Shown here: one piece after another, positions 49,101-61,100 of the stretch
Layout of the letters: every line of letters starts with the position of its first letter
Numbering within the stretch: position 1 is the stretch's first letter
NCBI GenBank assembly: GCA_048634245.1
Contig: JAIWAR010000003.1
Location: 2,401 to 66,400 of the forward strand
From: Methanosarcinales archaeon
Lineage (GTDB): Bacteria > Omnitrophota > Gorgyraeia > Duberdicusellales > 4484-171
Length of the DNA stretch: 64,000 bases
Reading direction: 5' to 3'
Program-made: the position numbers and the translations under genes
The notes under the pieces: generated by a model
What the model was told of the DNA's origin: nothing
The model's input: the letters and a program-made list of their open reading frames with translations, nothing else
Databases searched by the model: none

Positions 49101-52100
49101 GTTCGACTAATATTACCACCAAAAAGATTAAAAGCTTTCTGGAAATGCCTTTGGCAGCAGGAAATAACATATTAGGAATAAAACATAAATCAACCTTAAA
49201 TTTTACAGTTAGGCATAAAAATATTGATTTTATAGATGATTTTATGGATTGGCTGGCAATGCGAATCACATCTCCTCCTATTGTTTATAAGATAATAAAG
49301 TTATTAGATACAAAGATGAAAAATCACCAGCCATCAGCATCCCCATATTTATTATATTTAATTAATACAGCTTTAAATGTTACCCCAGCAAATGCGAAAC
49401 GGCAAAAAACGTTAGATGTTTCTTTAGATGGGGGAAGCGTAGACGAAGAGGATTGGGAACTTATGAGCGAAATAGATGGGAAAATAACCCACATCTTGCT
49501 GTCTTTGACAGGGTGGCAGGATTGCTGTCGCATATGGGAACATCTTAGAAGCACAGATATGCAGACAACTGTAGCATATAATAAAAAGTTTGGCTTGAAG
49601 ACTTTCCTTCTCTGGCTGCTTAAATTAAGATATTTGAATAGGCTTCAATTAGTTAGTAGCGATAGGGAAGTTTCCTGGTGGATGCAGGATAGGGTACATA
49701 TTTTGATTAATAAGAAAGGTAAAAAGAAGATTGTTTTAAATCGGCCCATTGAAGATCTTGTCTCAGATTACGATGTAGTAAAAACGCAGAACGATCAGAA
49801 AATATTTGAAAATAAGGTTTGGCTTAATAAAGGGTTTGAAATAGGTAAAGATGAGGGATACATAATTGAGTTGATACAAGGAGGCAATTTGATAGTCGGC
49901 GATGAACATATTTTTGTTGGTCCGGATGTTATTAGCCACTTAATGAGGAGTTCTCGTGTTAAGAAAGACTTAATGCCAATAACCGCAGAAGGCCAGGATG
50001 CCGAAGTAGAATTAGAACTTGTAAGATCGTATTTTATAGAAAAGTTGACTCCAATAAGCGGCGGAAGGGAGATTGTTTTTGTTGATGCAGTTAGTGATTT
50101 AGATAAAGACTTGTGGCCGGCGCCAAGAGGGCATTTGGATCATTATTTTTCATATTTAGGAGATAATACAGTAGCTATCGCCAGCCCGCGATTAGCAGAA
50201 CAAACCGATTTTGTAAAAAAATTACACAAAGATGGTTTTAAGTATTTTTATCCAAGCTTTGAAAGTATGGTAAAGAGTCTTTTAGAAGGTGCTATTAAGT
50301 TATTAGGGGAGGAAGCCTTTGTTGATAGATCACTAGATGCAGTTGCCCTTTATATGGAACAGAATGGGTTTAAAGTAATTCGTATTCCTATAGTCTCTAT
50401 GCTTTATCAAGACACAGATAAATACAGGTATACATTACCTCTTATGACTTATAACAATATTCAATTAGAACAATGTTCTAATGGAGTTAAGAGAATCTAT
50501 ATGCCTATTTATGGAGATAATTCAAAATTAGGTAAAAAATATGGCGTAGAAGAAATTAATGATTTGGCAGCGTCTATATATGAGAAAGAGGGTTTTAAAG
50601 TAGTAAGGATAGGGGGGTTGGGAGATATTAGCATGCATGGTGGGTCTTATAGATGTTCGTCGAAAGTATTAGCAAGAGAAAAAGATATAAGCCAAGACGG
50701 CGGGAATGTACAAATTTTTACAGAAAAGGAATTAGTTGAGCAAACCGATGTGGTACGTGAGTATTGTAAAAGGATAAAAGAGCTTCTGACAAGTGAAAAT
50801 TTAGAGGAGAAAGTTGTAAAGAAGATAAAAGAAGAGGTCCCAGGCCTTACGGCGGTCAACGGTGTCAGAGAACCTAAAGAAAGATTGTTTGCATTAATGA
50901 ATGGAGTAGCAAATATTGCTAAAAAGGCCGCTGGTGTTAATAGGAAATTTGATATGGCTCTTTATCCTTGTAGTGGCGCTGATATGACAGCTATTGTACC
51001 ATATTCTAACCGGATTGTTACTATTAGTAATAGTGACCTTTTCAACAAGGAAACGGAAGATAGCAATATTATAAAAAATTGGTTAGAAATAGGGATAGAA
51101 CTTAAATTTACACATGGAATCTATTGCTCAAGTCAAATAATAAGTTTATTTGACTATGCAAAGGAATTAGCCCTATTGGGAGTGGATTTAGATTCATTAC
51201 ACATAACTGAAAATAAGAAAATAAAGGAGGATGTTGGGTATGCTGTAGTTACGAGGGCATCCAAAATAACAAGTGAGTTTACTATTGGAGATAGAAAAAT
51301 TACCCATACACATTTTTGCTATACACTTCCACAGAAGTTTGAAGAAACTAATGAAATTGATGTTTTCGTAAGAGATGAGTTGAGCCAATTGATGAGAGAT
51401 AAAGAAAATATCGTTGTGCTTTCAAAAGCTGGAGCTACAGGGTTATTTGGGCAAGATATAGCCACAGATGCCCTTTATTCTTTGTTTCCTTTCGATAATA
51501 CAGTTATTGTTTCCGATTATGATGAGCCTTCGGTTTTACAGCGGGTGGATAGAACCGATACTAGATTAGTAGATTTAAAGAGTCCTGCTATTACTGAGGG
51601 GCTAAGGTCATTACAAGATGAAAATCCTGCTCCGGATGATTACTTGGATTCGGCGTTTTTAAACTATGGGTATGCTAAAGAATTAACATCGATTGATATT
51701 TGGAGGGTTTTACCCATGCAACTTGTGGTAGTTGAGGGTGTGGAGAAGAAAGAGACTGAAAGTAATAATGAAGGATTTGTCGGAAAGATGGATGGCGGAA
51801 CAGAAAATAGATTTGCAAGCGAAGAAAAGAAAATGAAAGAGCAGATTCTAACTATCGCCTCTGATGATTTGCGGGAAAAACTGTTGGAAGAAATATCTGC
51901 TTTAAAGAGTAAGCACATAAAAGCAATGGTATTACGAAGTGAAGATAGGAAAAAAGAATTAAATGACTTAACAGAAAAACTATCTAAAAGAATTAACCAA
52001 GCTATAGAAATAACAGCGGTGATTGATGAATTTAATGTGATAGAGAAGAATTTAGTGAGAGAGATAGAGATTGTGGCTTATCGATTTGAGAATATAAATC

Positions 52101-55100
52101 AACCTAATATATTTTTAACAAGAAGGAACCTTCGTGAAATGGTTGATCGCTTGGAGGATATTTATAATAAGTTGAATTCTATCACGCAAGAAAATACGGA
52201 TTTTGTCTTTGACGAAGTCTTATTTAAAGAAATAGAAACATTGATTAATAATATAAAAAATTTGTGGTTACGAAAGAATAATCTGTTTAAGCTTATAAAG
52301 GAAGCTTCTTCTATATTAGCGGCTTATGACAGGGAGTGGGACGATTACAATTTTATTGAGACTTTTAGAGCTCAGATAGCAAAGATAGACTTAGAAGGTA
52401 CTGAAGGATTTGTAGGTAAAGTTCAAGCGTATTTACTCAATCCTTTAGAAAAAAAATACAATAAATTCGTGAAGTATAAACATAGAATAATATCAGAAGA
52501 AGAACCATCGCTTTCTAGAAGTGATACAGAGATGGAAGAACAAGGTGATGTTACGCAAGCAAACAAAAAGCGGGAAACGAATAAACCGACAGAAGTGGAT
52601 AAATTGTTAGAAGCAATTATACAAGAAGATAACGCGGCGTTGGGTGATGATATTGTTCCGTTCGTGAAAGAAGTTATTTCGGAACACCCAATGAAGAAGA
52701 TAAAAGTGTTGTTCGCGCCGCAAAGCATGAAAGAGATGAAAACACGGGGAAAATACCGCATCCTGCATTCATCAAAAAATAATTCAGAAATTTCTCCCAA
52801 ACAGTTTTTTAATGATATCCGTTGGACAAATAATACCCGGGAGAAAAAGCATAATAAACATGTAATAGATTTGAAAGAATGGCCGGAATATTTAAGCGAA
52901 GATGATTATGGCCAGCGTCTTGAGGGAATTATTCCCTATATTCAGTTAGCATATAAATATACAGATAAATATACCAATTTTGAAATATGTATCATTTATG
53001 TTAGAGACTTGAACGGATTTTACTTTGATGAGATCATTGTCTTGCGTCGTCCTGTTGGTGAGGAAGCATATATGGTTACAAGCTTCTACCGTTCGAAAGA
53101 TAATCTAAAAAAGGTGAAACAAGATATGGTTAGGATTGCAGAAAAGGTATATACGTCAGATGATTTTAGCTTTAAGCAGCAAGTATTGGTTTTAGATAAA
53201 AATAGAATTATAGAGTTAAAAGACAGGATATATCTTGCCAGAATCCTTAAGAAAAAGAGTAAACTGGCTTTGACAGAGAGAAATAAAGTAGATAAATGGT
53301 TAGATGAGGTAATACGAGAGTTGGAACAGAGAGGGAAACATAATTACCAATGCGGCAAGTTTGAAGATAGTTTGCACTATAATGATATATTAGCCCAAAT
53401 TTTTAAGGGATTGGGGCAATATGACTCCTTACTAAAAACTCTTATACAGAACGCGGTAGTCAACAGTAAGTTGGGAAATGTTGAGAAGGGCAGATATTAT
53501 AACGAGATGATCGTAAAATTAAGTAAAAAAGTGGGTGATCAAAGAGCGTTGCTCCGGTCATTAAAGGTATTGTCCGATCTCTATTGGAAAGGTGGTGATC
53601 TGGGAATGTCCGCTTGCTGTAAGGAAAGAGTCGGTGATTTATTAAAAGCGGCAGGAGACAGAGAAGAAGCGTTTAAGTGGTATAGATGGGCTGTGTTGAC
53701 ATATCGTAAAACAAAAAATTTTGAAGCGGCAAATAATTGCAATAAGAAAGCTTCTAAATTGCGTAATGGTTTTGACAGCGTTGTTGGACGTGATGGCGGC
53801 AGGGATAGTATATCATTGCCTTTGCAAATAAAACTGTCGGAATTGATGATTGAACGGCTAAGATTAATGGGCAATCTTGAGATGATAATAACGGCGATCA
53901 TCATGGATATAGATAAAACTGTTACTGCTTCCGGAACGGCAAGCCTTGAAGGATTAAACCTTGAACAAATTGTCCAGGCATTAGAAATGGAAATTCCTGT
54001 CCTTTTAATCAGCGGTAGTCCGTTCTATAGCAAAGAAAGTCTCACCACGCATCTTCAAGGTGTAAAGGACGAAAAACATTTTGACTATACAGGCGAAGAC
54101 TTAAAAACCCGGATTGCTGAACTAATCCAAAATGTGATGAAGGCTAGAGGCAAGGGGCATTGTTTAGTAAACCTTACAATTAAAGGGATTTCAGGAGCTC
54201 AAACAATTACTTTTAACAGAGACGGAACATTTCAGTTAGAGAGCAAAGAAACACAAACCAAACATTTGAGCCTAAATGAACAAATAGATTTTGTTAAGGC
54301 AATGAGCACAGGGTATTTAATGCAGCTTTTTGAAGAAAGGATAATTGATATTAAAGGCCGTAGAATAGAAGGGATTGGCTATGTAATCGAGAGGATTAAT
54401 AAGGCGGAAAATGTTTTGGAAGTAAAAGAAATATTTGAAAACTTTGTAAAACCAAAGACAAACGCGCATATTTGGCTTTTTGATGCAGATTTTACACTTA
54501 TTTTTCATAAGGAAGAAATTAATGCCGAAGAAGCATTTAAAAAAGCTTTTCAAATTCTTAAGAGTAAGGGGTATTCGTTTGAGGATGATCGTTATTTTGC
54601 TAGTTTTGGTGACAATTTTGTTAAAATTAGTCTTTATAATAAGGCTGTTGAGGCAAAAAAGTGGATTGAAAATATTCAGGGAGAGGGAATCATTATCGGA
54701 ATAGGCGATTCAACATTAGATGATTTCTTATGGAGAATTACAGCAAAGCTTTATCTATCTTTCTATTTAGGCAAGGCGAAAGATGTAGAAGAGCATCCTT
54801 CCGTTATCGTTGTTCAAGATACAAAAGGTAGAGATAACGTTGGTTTTGGGGCTACGGGTATAATCTTGAAATGTCTTTTAGATGCAATGAGAGATAAATT
54901 ATCTTGTCGAGAATTGTTGTTCACGCAAGAAGATTGGCCAGAGAATTTAGTTATCATTAATAAGTGTTTGGACGGAGGCATGACGCAAAGATTGGAGTTA
55001 AAGAGAACAAAATTCTTAGGAACGGAAGAGACAGATGCAGGGTATGAGTCTTATTTTATGAAAAATGATGGGTCGCAACATCTTAATGGACTTTTTGATT

Positions 55101-58100
55101 CCTTGATTATTTTCTTGCTTGGTTCAACTAATATTACCACTAAAGAGCTTAAAAACTTTCCGGAAATGCCTTTGGCGGCAGGAAACAATTTGTCTGGCCT
55201 CAAAAAATCAACATTGGATTCTACAGTTATGCATAAAAATATTGATTTTATAAGTGCTCTTATGAAGTGGCTGGCAATGCGAATCATGTCTCCTCCTGTT
55301 GATTGCCAGACAACAAAACTACCAGTCACAAAGACATGCTCTGATACCCTTGTGGGCACAAGCGGGTACAGGCAAAGTTACCAGCTATCGGCATCCCCAT
55401 ACCTAGTATATTTAATTACTAAAAATCTGAATATTACTTCGGTCAAAATCGACGAACGCAATGCGCTAAAAAATGACGGAGGCAGCGCAAGTATTAATAA
55501 GGATATTCTATTAAAGGCATTTAGAGAGCAGCTACTTATAGATTCAGTGCAAAGCTCAATGCTAGGCGCAGATAAAGAAAACAGAGAGGTTTTTGAATCT
55601 TCCATAGAGGCTTTAAAGCAAAAAGAGTGGAGAGTATGTTTTGTAAATTTAGGAGGAGCTGAAGTAATAAAATTTGAAGTATTTGGAGAGGCGGTTGTAG
55701 ATTTTAGTGATATAGAACTAATTTATAAATCTGGAAACCAAGATTATACAAATTTTGAAAAAGCCAAAAAAATGTTTAATATTGTATATGATTCTCTTAC
55801 TAAAAATATGAATTTAGATGAATACTCTCAACAAGGAATAGATATATTTCTTGGTCAGAATATTGCTAATTTATTTCAACACGTGCGTGGAATTAAGGGA
55901 AGTTATGCTATGTATATGGCAAAAGAGGTTGAGGCTGTGAACGGTCTGAAAGGGGTAAGGATTATAGCAATTGACACAGGCGGCGGATTCAAACATTTAG
56001 AGGGACATAAGAGCTTACATGAGTCAGTTATTGATGAGGCGTTGATTTGGCAGGGTTCCTATTTTTGTAGAAGCGGTGGTGGAATGTATGGTGAAGGCTT
56101 GAATTATTCTTTGGCGATGAGTGAGGTTTTTAGGATAGTGACACAAAATGAGATAGCAGTATATCTACATCCAGAAAGAGGCAGGACCTTTATCGGCTGC
56201 AGCGAGTATTTTCCTCTTGATGATCGGATATTTTATGCCAGGGGAGAAAATTTAAGAGTAAAAGGCACCTTGATAGATGCTGTATTTATAGCGAAAGGAG
56301 ACAATAAGACGTCAACAGACTGGAATTCTATGATAGCAGTGTTGATAGCTGAATCTTATATTTTTTATAATAGAATAGCGGATGTTGAAGCATTGCGGAA
56401 ATTCTCCGGCGTGACTAATAGAGTAGATGGTTCCTTAGATGGGGGGAGAAAGTGTAGAACCGAAGATAAAGTAAATATTGCTTCAGGAACCTGGACCGAG
56501 GAGTGGCATTTAGAATTAAATAAAATGATAGAAGTACTTATCGGAACAGATGAGGATGTAACAGATAAGTATAACCAGGAAGAGTTGATTAAAGAGTTGA
56601 AAAGTGTTCTGACTAATCTAATGTCAGTTATTCCTGAAAAATTAAAAGAAAACATTGAAAAATCTTTAAAAGATAAAGATCCTTCGTTGACAATAGAGAA
56701 ATTAATCGGTTCTTTGGATAAGATTTTAGACAAACCTGAATTTAAGTTCTTCTTTTTAAAACCTCTATACGGAGATGATGTATTCAGATTTATGGGCAAA
56801 AAAGATGGTAAAGACGTTATCTTGACCGCTCAAGCTCATTTTGGACATAATAAAACCAAAGGAGATAAAAGAGAAGAAAATGTATATATTTCCAGTTTGC
56901 ATTTTGACAGTCTTGCAAAATCAGAGAAATTAGGCCTTATCACTCACGGAATGATACATCTTGTATTAGGTAAAGGAGAAGATACCCATAAGTTGGCGGA
57001 ATTGTTTAGATTGGGAGTCGATTATAGTTATGATAAAGAAAATTTAGATTTAGATAAGGTTAAGAATCTTTTGAGAAATTATATGATTGCGAAAGAAGAG
57101 TTAGCTCAAGCCATAATCGATGAAGAAAGAGAAGAGGCGTTTGATAAATATAATAAGTTCAAACAGATTATTGATAATATAAGTAAATGTGATGTTTCAA
57201 CCGGAACTTTATCTCTAATCATTTTTGAAGAAATTGCTCCTAAAGTCGGTCCTGTTTTAGCGGAAATAATCTCTAATATAGGTTTTGCCGGAAGAGATAT
57301 AAATCAAAGAGGCATACTTATGGACAGGGTATTTTCTAAGTTTGGTATAGAGAGAATACTTTCCAACTTAGTTTTTGATAATATAAAAAGCCTTCCTTTG
57401 GAAGAGATGAGGAGTAATGATTATATAAGAGATATAATTTATATGATTTCTCAAGCTCTGGCTGAAGAAATAAATATTATTTCTAATCCCCAGTGGCCTG
57501 ATTTCATGAGAGAGTTGATCGATAAAGTGCTTAAAGAGGTAACGGATGCGTTGTATGATGATGACCCGGCAAGAAAATATTGGTTCGATAAGTTAACTCA
57601 GGATATTTTACCATATACTATAGAAAACCTTGTTCCTGAAGATTATTTTAAAAAAGGCATGTTCACCGAAAAGAAAGAGTATATTATAGGTATGATATTT
57701 TCTCTTAATAAAACAATAAGGGCACAAGGAAGCCAAATTCATGAGTTAGGAAAAATATTTATAACCTCGGATTGGAATCGCCTGGAGACAAGAGCAACTT
57801 TAATTCATGAGCTTGTTCATCATTTAGCCGAACTTGACCAAATAAAAATAGAAACGGGTTGGGAATTCATTACTTTTGCCATTGACCTTTGTGAGAAGAT
57901 AATTCATTTAAGAGATGGGGATATTAAAGCTGCTGAAGATAAGATCCAGGTTTATTCCCAAGGCCAGGTTCCTTTTTATAAAGAATTATATTTAAAAGGA
58001 AAGGAAATTTCGCAAAAAGGAGATTCCGCGTATATCCTTAAACCTCATCAATCCGAAGAAGCAAGAGGGTACTTTTCTATTGATTTACTTATAATAGAAG

Positions 58101-61100
58101 CGATAAGCTTTTATGAAAGCAGAGGTGTTCCGGTAGATTCTTTAAGGAGATATTTACGCAATAAGAATAAAGAATTAAATTCCCCTTTTGAACAAGAACA
58201 GTTTTATCGCGACCAGTATTCATCACAAATGGTAGCGAGCCTTATGCTATCAGGTATATTTATGGACGAATATGAAAAACATAAGATTCATCCGGTTAGG
58301 ACTATGACTGATTACTTCTCTGAGCTGGACCAAATATTCGGCCCGCCGAATGAAACAGATAAGATATGGATAGAAAAAGAACTTATACCGGAGTTGGAAG
58401 CTTTAGCCCAGCAATTATTTGGGAAAAGAGTTACTCTGGAGGGGTCAAAGGTAACGGACAGAATAGGTTTATGGTGGGCTGAGGCAGACCGTTGGAGCGG
58501 AACTATTTATTATTGGCCGTTTACGATATATCCTAAAATGAAGGATGATCTAAACAGGGATTCTCATCGGAAGAATGCCAGAGAGCGGGGAATCGGCAAC
58601 CTTTTATTGGCTTTATACAGGTTTATGTATACTAAAGATGAAGATATAGAGAAAGCGCATATTGAATGTTTCGGGAGAAAAGAATTTAGTATTCTTTGGG
58701 ATACTTTATTAATTTCTAGAGCGGTATTTACCGGATTACCGGCAACTCAAAGAAAGGTTAAAGCAGATAAAACCCTTGGTGAATATGTGGAAACTCCTTC
58801 AATGATAGGAGATGTATTTAAGGAGAAATATAATTTAGGTAATAAAAAAGTGGAAAAAGAATTGTTTAAGTCCTACCCTCTACACCTGCAATTTTTAGAT
58901 TCAATACTTTATAGATGGAGCCAGTATGATTCAGAAACAAAGATTCTTGATGATCCAAGGGCTGAGGCCGGCAGTTTGATGGATAAGGCTGTAAGAGATA
59001 CATTTGAGAGCTGGGTTAAAGTAATGTTCCAAGTTGATAAACATTCAAATTATGAAGATCTTTATAAGATTCTTACAGAAGAAATTTGGCCGGTATATAA
59101 AGAGTTGTTTGATAAAGATGTGGAAATAGAGAAGAACAGGAAATTAGTCCAAAAAATGGAGGATGAAGAAAAAATAAACCCCGGAGATTTTGATTTGAAT
59201 AATTTAGATAAAGAGCAAGAGAAATTTTTAGAAGATTTGTTTAATTCATTACCGGAAGAGATTAAACAACAGATTTTACAGCAGATAGAAGATGAATTAA
59301 ATAGTTCTTCTTTAGATTCTCAAGGCAGCCATGGCGAACAGGGAAGCCAATCCGGGGGAGCTAAGCCTCAATCCGGGCAATTCGGAAGCCAAGGGAAGCC
59401 GGCTAGCGTTGAGGAACTGGCTGAAACTATGGATGATCTAGAAAATACTGTAAAATCAATGGAAAATCTTTTAGGGAAAATATCTGATACTGCTGATGAA
59501 ATAGGTGATGGTGCTTGTAATATAGGTAATCAAGTCCAGTCTACAGGAGAAAATGAAGATGATAAGAATATAGATGAGATTACAGGTAAAACCGATGATT
59601 TGAGCAATAAAGGTAAAGAGTTAGGACAAAAAGGTGAACAATTAGCTGAAGGAACAGAAGGGGTAAAGAATAGTTCTTTTGAGTTAGATGAAAACCTGCC
59701 TATATCGGGTATGGGTTATGATATGCAGGAAAAAGCTTCGGAGTTAAATGCGGATACTAAGGGGATAAAGGAGAGGATTGAAGAATTACAGGAAAAGCTT
59801 AATGAACTCAAAAAATTAAGCCAAAGGTTGAATAAATTTAGGGATGAAGGAGCAGACCATACTCAGATAAATCAAATTGGTGAGGCTATAAAAAATCAGG
59901 CAGAAAGTATAAAAGAAACCACTTCAGACATTAAAGAGGGAAGTTCGGATACGGGTGGTTCTCTTGATGAATTAAATAAAGAAATAAAAAAACTGTCCCA
60001 GCAAGTGAAGGATTTGGAAGATTTTGGTAAGGATGTTACACCTCCGCAATCTTCTTTACCAGGAAAAGATCAGCCGAAAAGTGAAGAAAGTACAGATAAA
60101 GGAGATCAAAATATGGGAGATAATTCGGCTGCCGAATCCGGAACAGGTAATGATCAACGCAGCAGTGACAGTTCTGGTAGTGAAGGTTCATCTCAAACTT
60201 CTGAAGTTGAACAAAGCCCTGATGAACCCGAATCCGGAAAAAGTTCCGACTCGAAATCTTTAACTCTCCCTTCAGATGGAGATTATACGGGTTTGGAAGA
60301 AATAATTAAAAAAGGTGAGAAAGTTTCAGCTCCCCAAGAAGATAAGTATCAAGATAGAGAATTTGAAACGGTTGTTGATGATGAATGGCTGAAAGCATTA
60401 GAAATGGAAGAGTTATTAGCTGAATGTGAAAGAACAGGACTAAATGAGGAAGAGTTAAAGGAATATAAAGGATGGCTGGATTTATTGGGAGAAGATTTAA
60501 TAGATTCGATGATTGAAATAGCTAAGGGGTTAGTATTACCGGCAGAAGATGTAGAAAAATTTTATGCTCCTTATACCGGAATCTTAAAGAAACCGATTAA
60601 AGGAGTTTTGGGAGGTAAACCTTTTATAAAGAGAAAAGAAACTAAACCCACGCCGGTTAAAATTACTTTGCTTATAGATAGAAGCGGAAGTATGAGCGGC
60701 GATAGAATACTTTATGCTAAGTTAACGATGATGTTATTGCTATTAGTATCGTTTGCTGTAAATGAAGAACTTGAGAAAATGCGGTGGCCGTTAATAGAGT
60801 TTGAAATAGGCTGTTATAATGCTGATTCTGATTTGTTTATAAGTCATGAGACGAGTATCGAACTCGGTGAAGATAGAAAAGAAAGGCTTATTTATGATGC
60901 AATAAAGAAATTAGAAGCTACAGGCTGGACAGATGATAAAAAGTCTTTGGGTGAATTTGTTACCCGTTTGAAAGAAAGCCCGGAAGTCGCGGGAGCGGAA
61001 GAAGAAACAAAGAGAATTTTATTTTCAATAGGTGACGGGAATGTGAACACTCAAGAGAAGGAAGGTATAAGAGGAGTATTGGCCTATAGTTTGGAAAATC

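Noticed and set aside
16893-60263. Six short plus-strand ORFs in phase 3 (e.g. 16893..17084, 34779..34985, 37794..38006, 42222..42422, 54480..54704, 60024..60263)
   Set aside because: They sit in the +1 frame relative to the giant ORF and overlap well-supported domains of it. They are 63-79 aa with no recognisable motifs, so they are chance ORFs.
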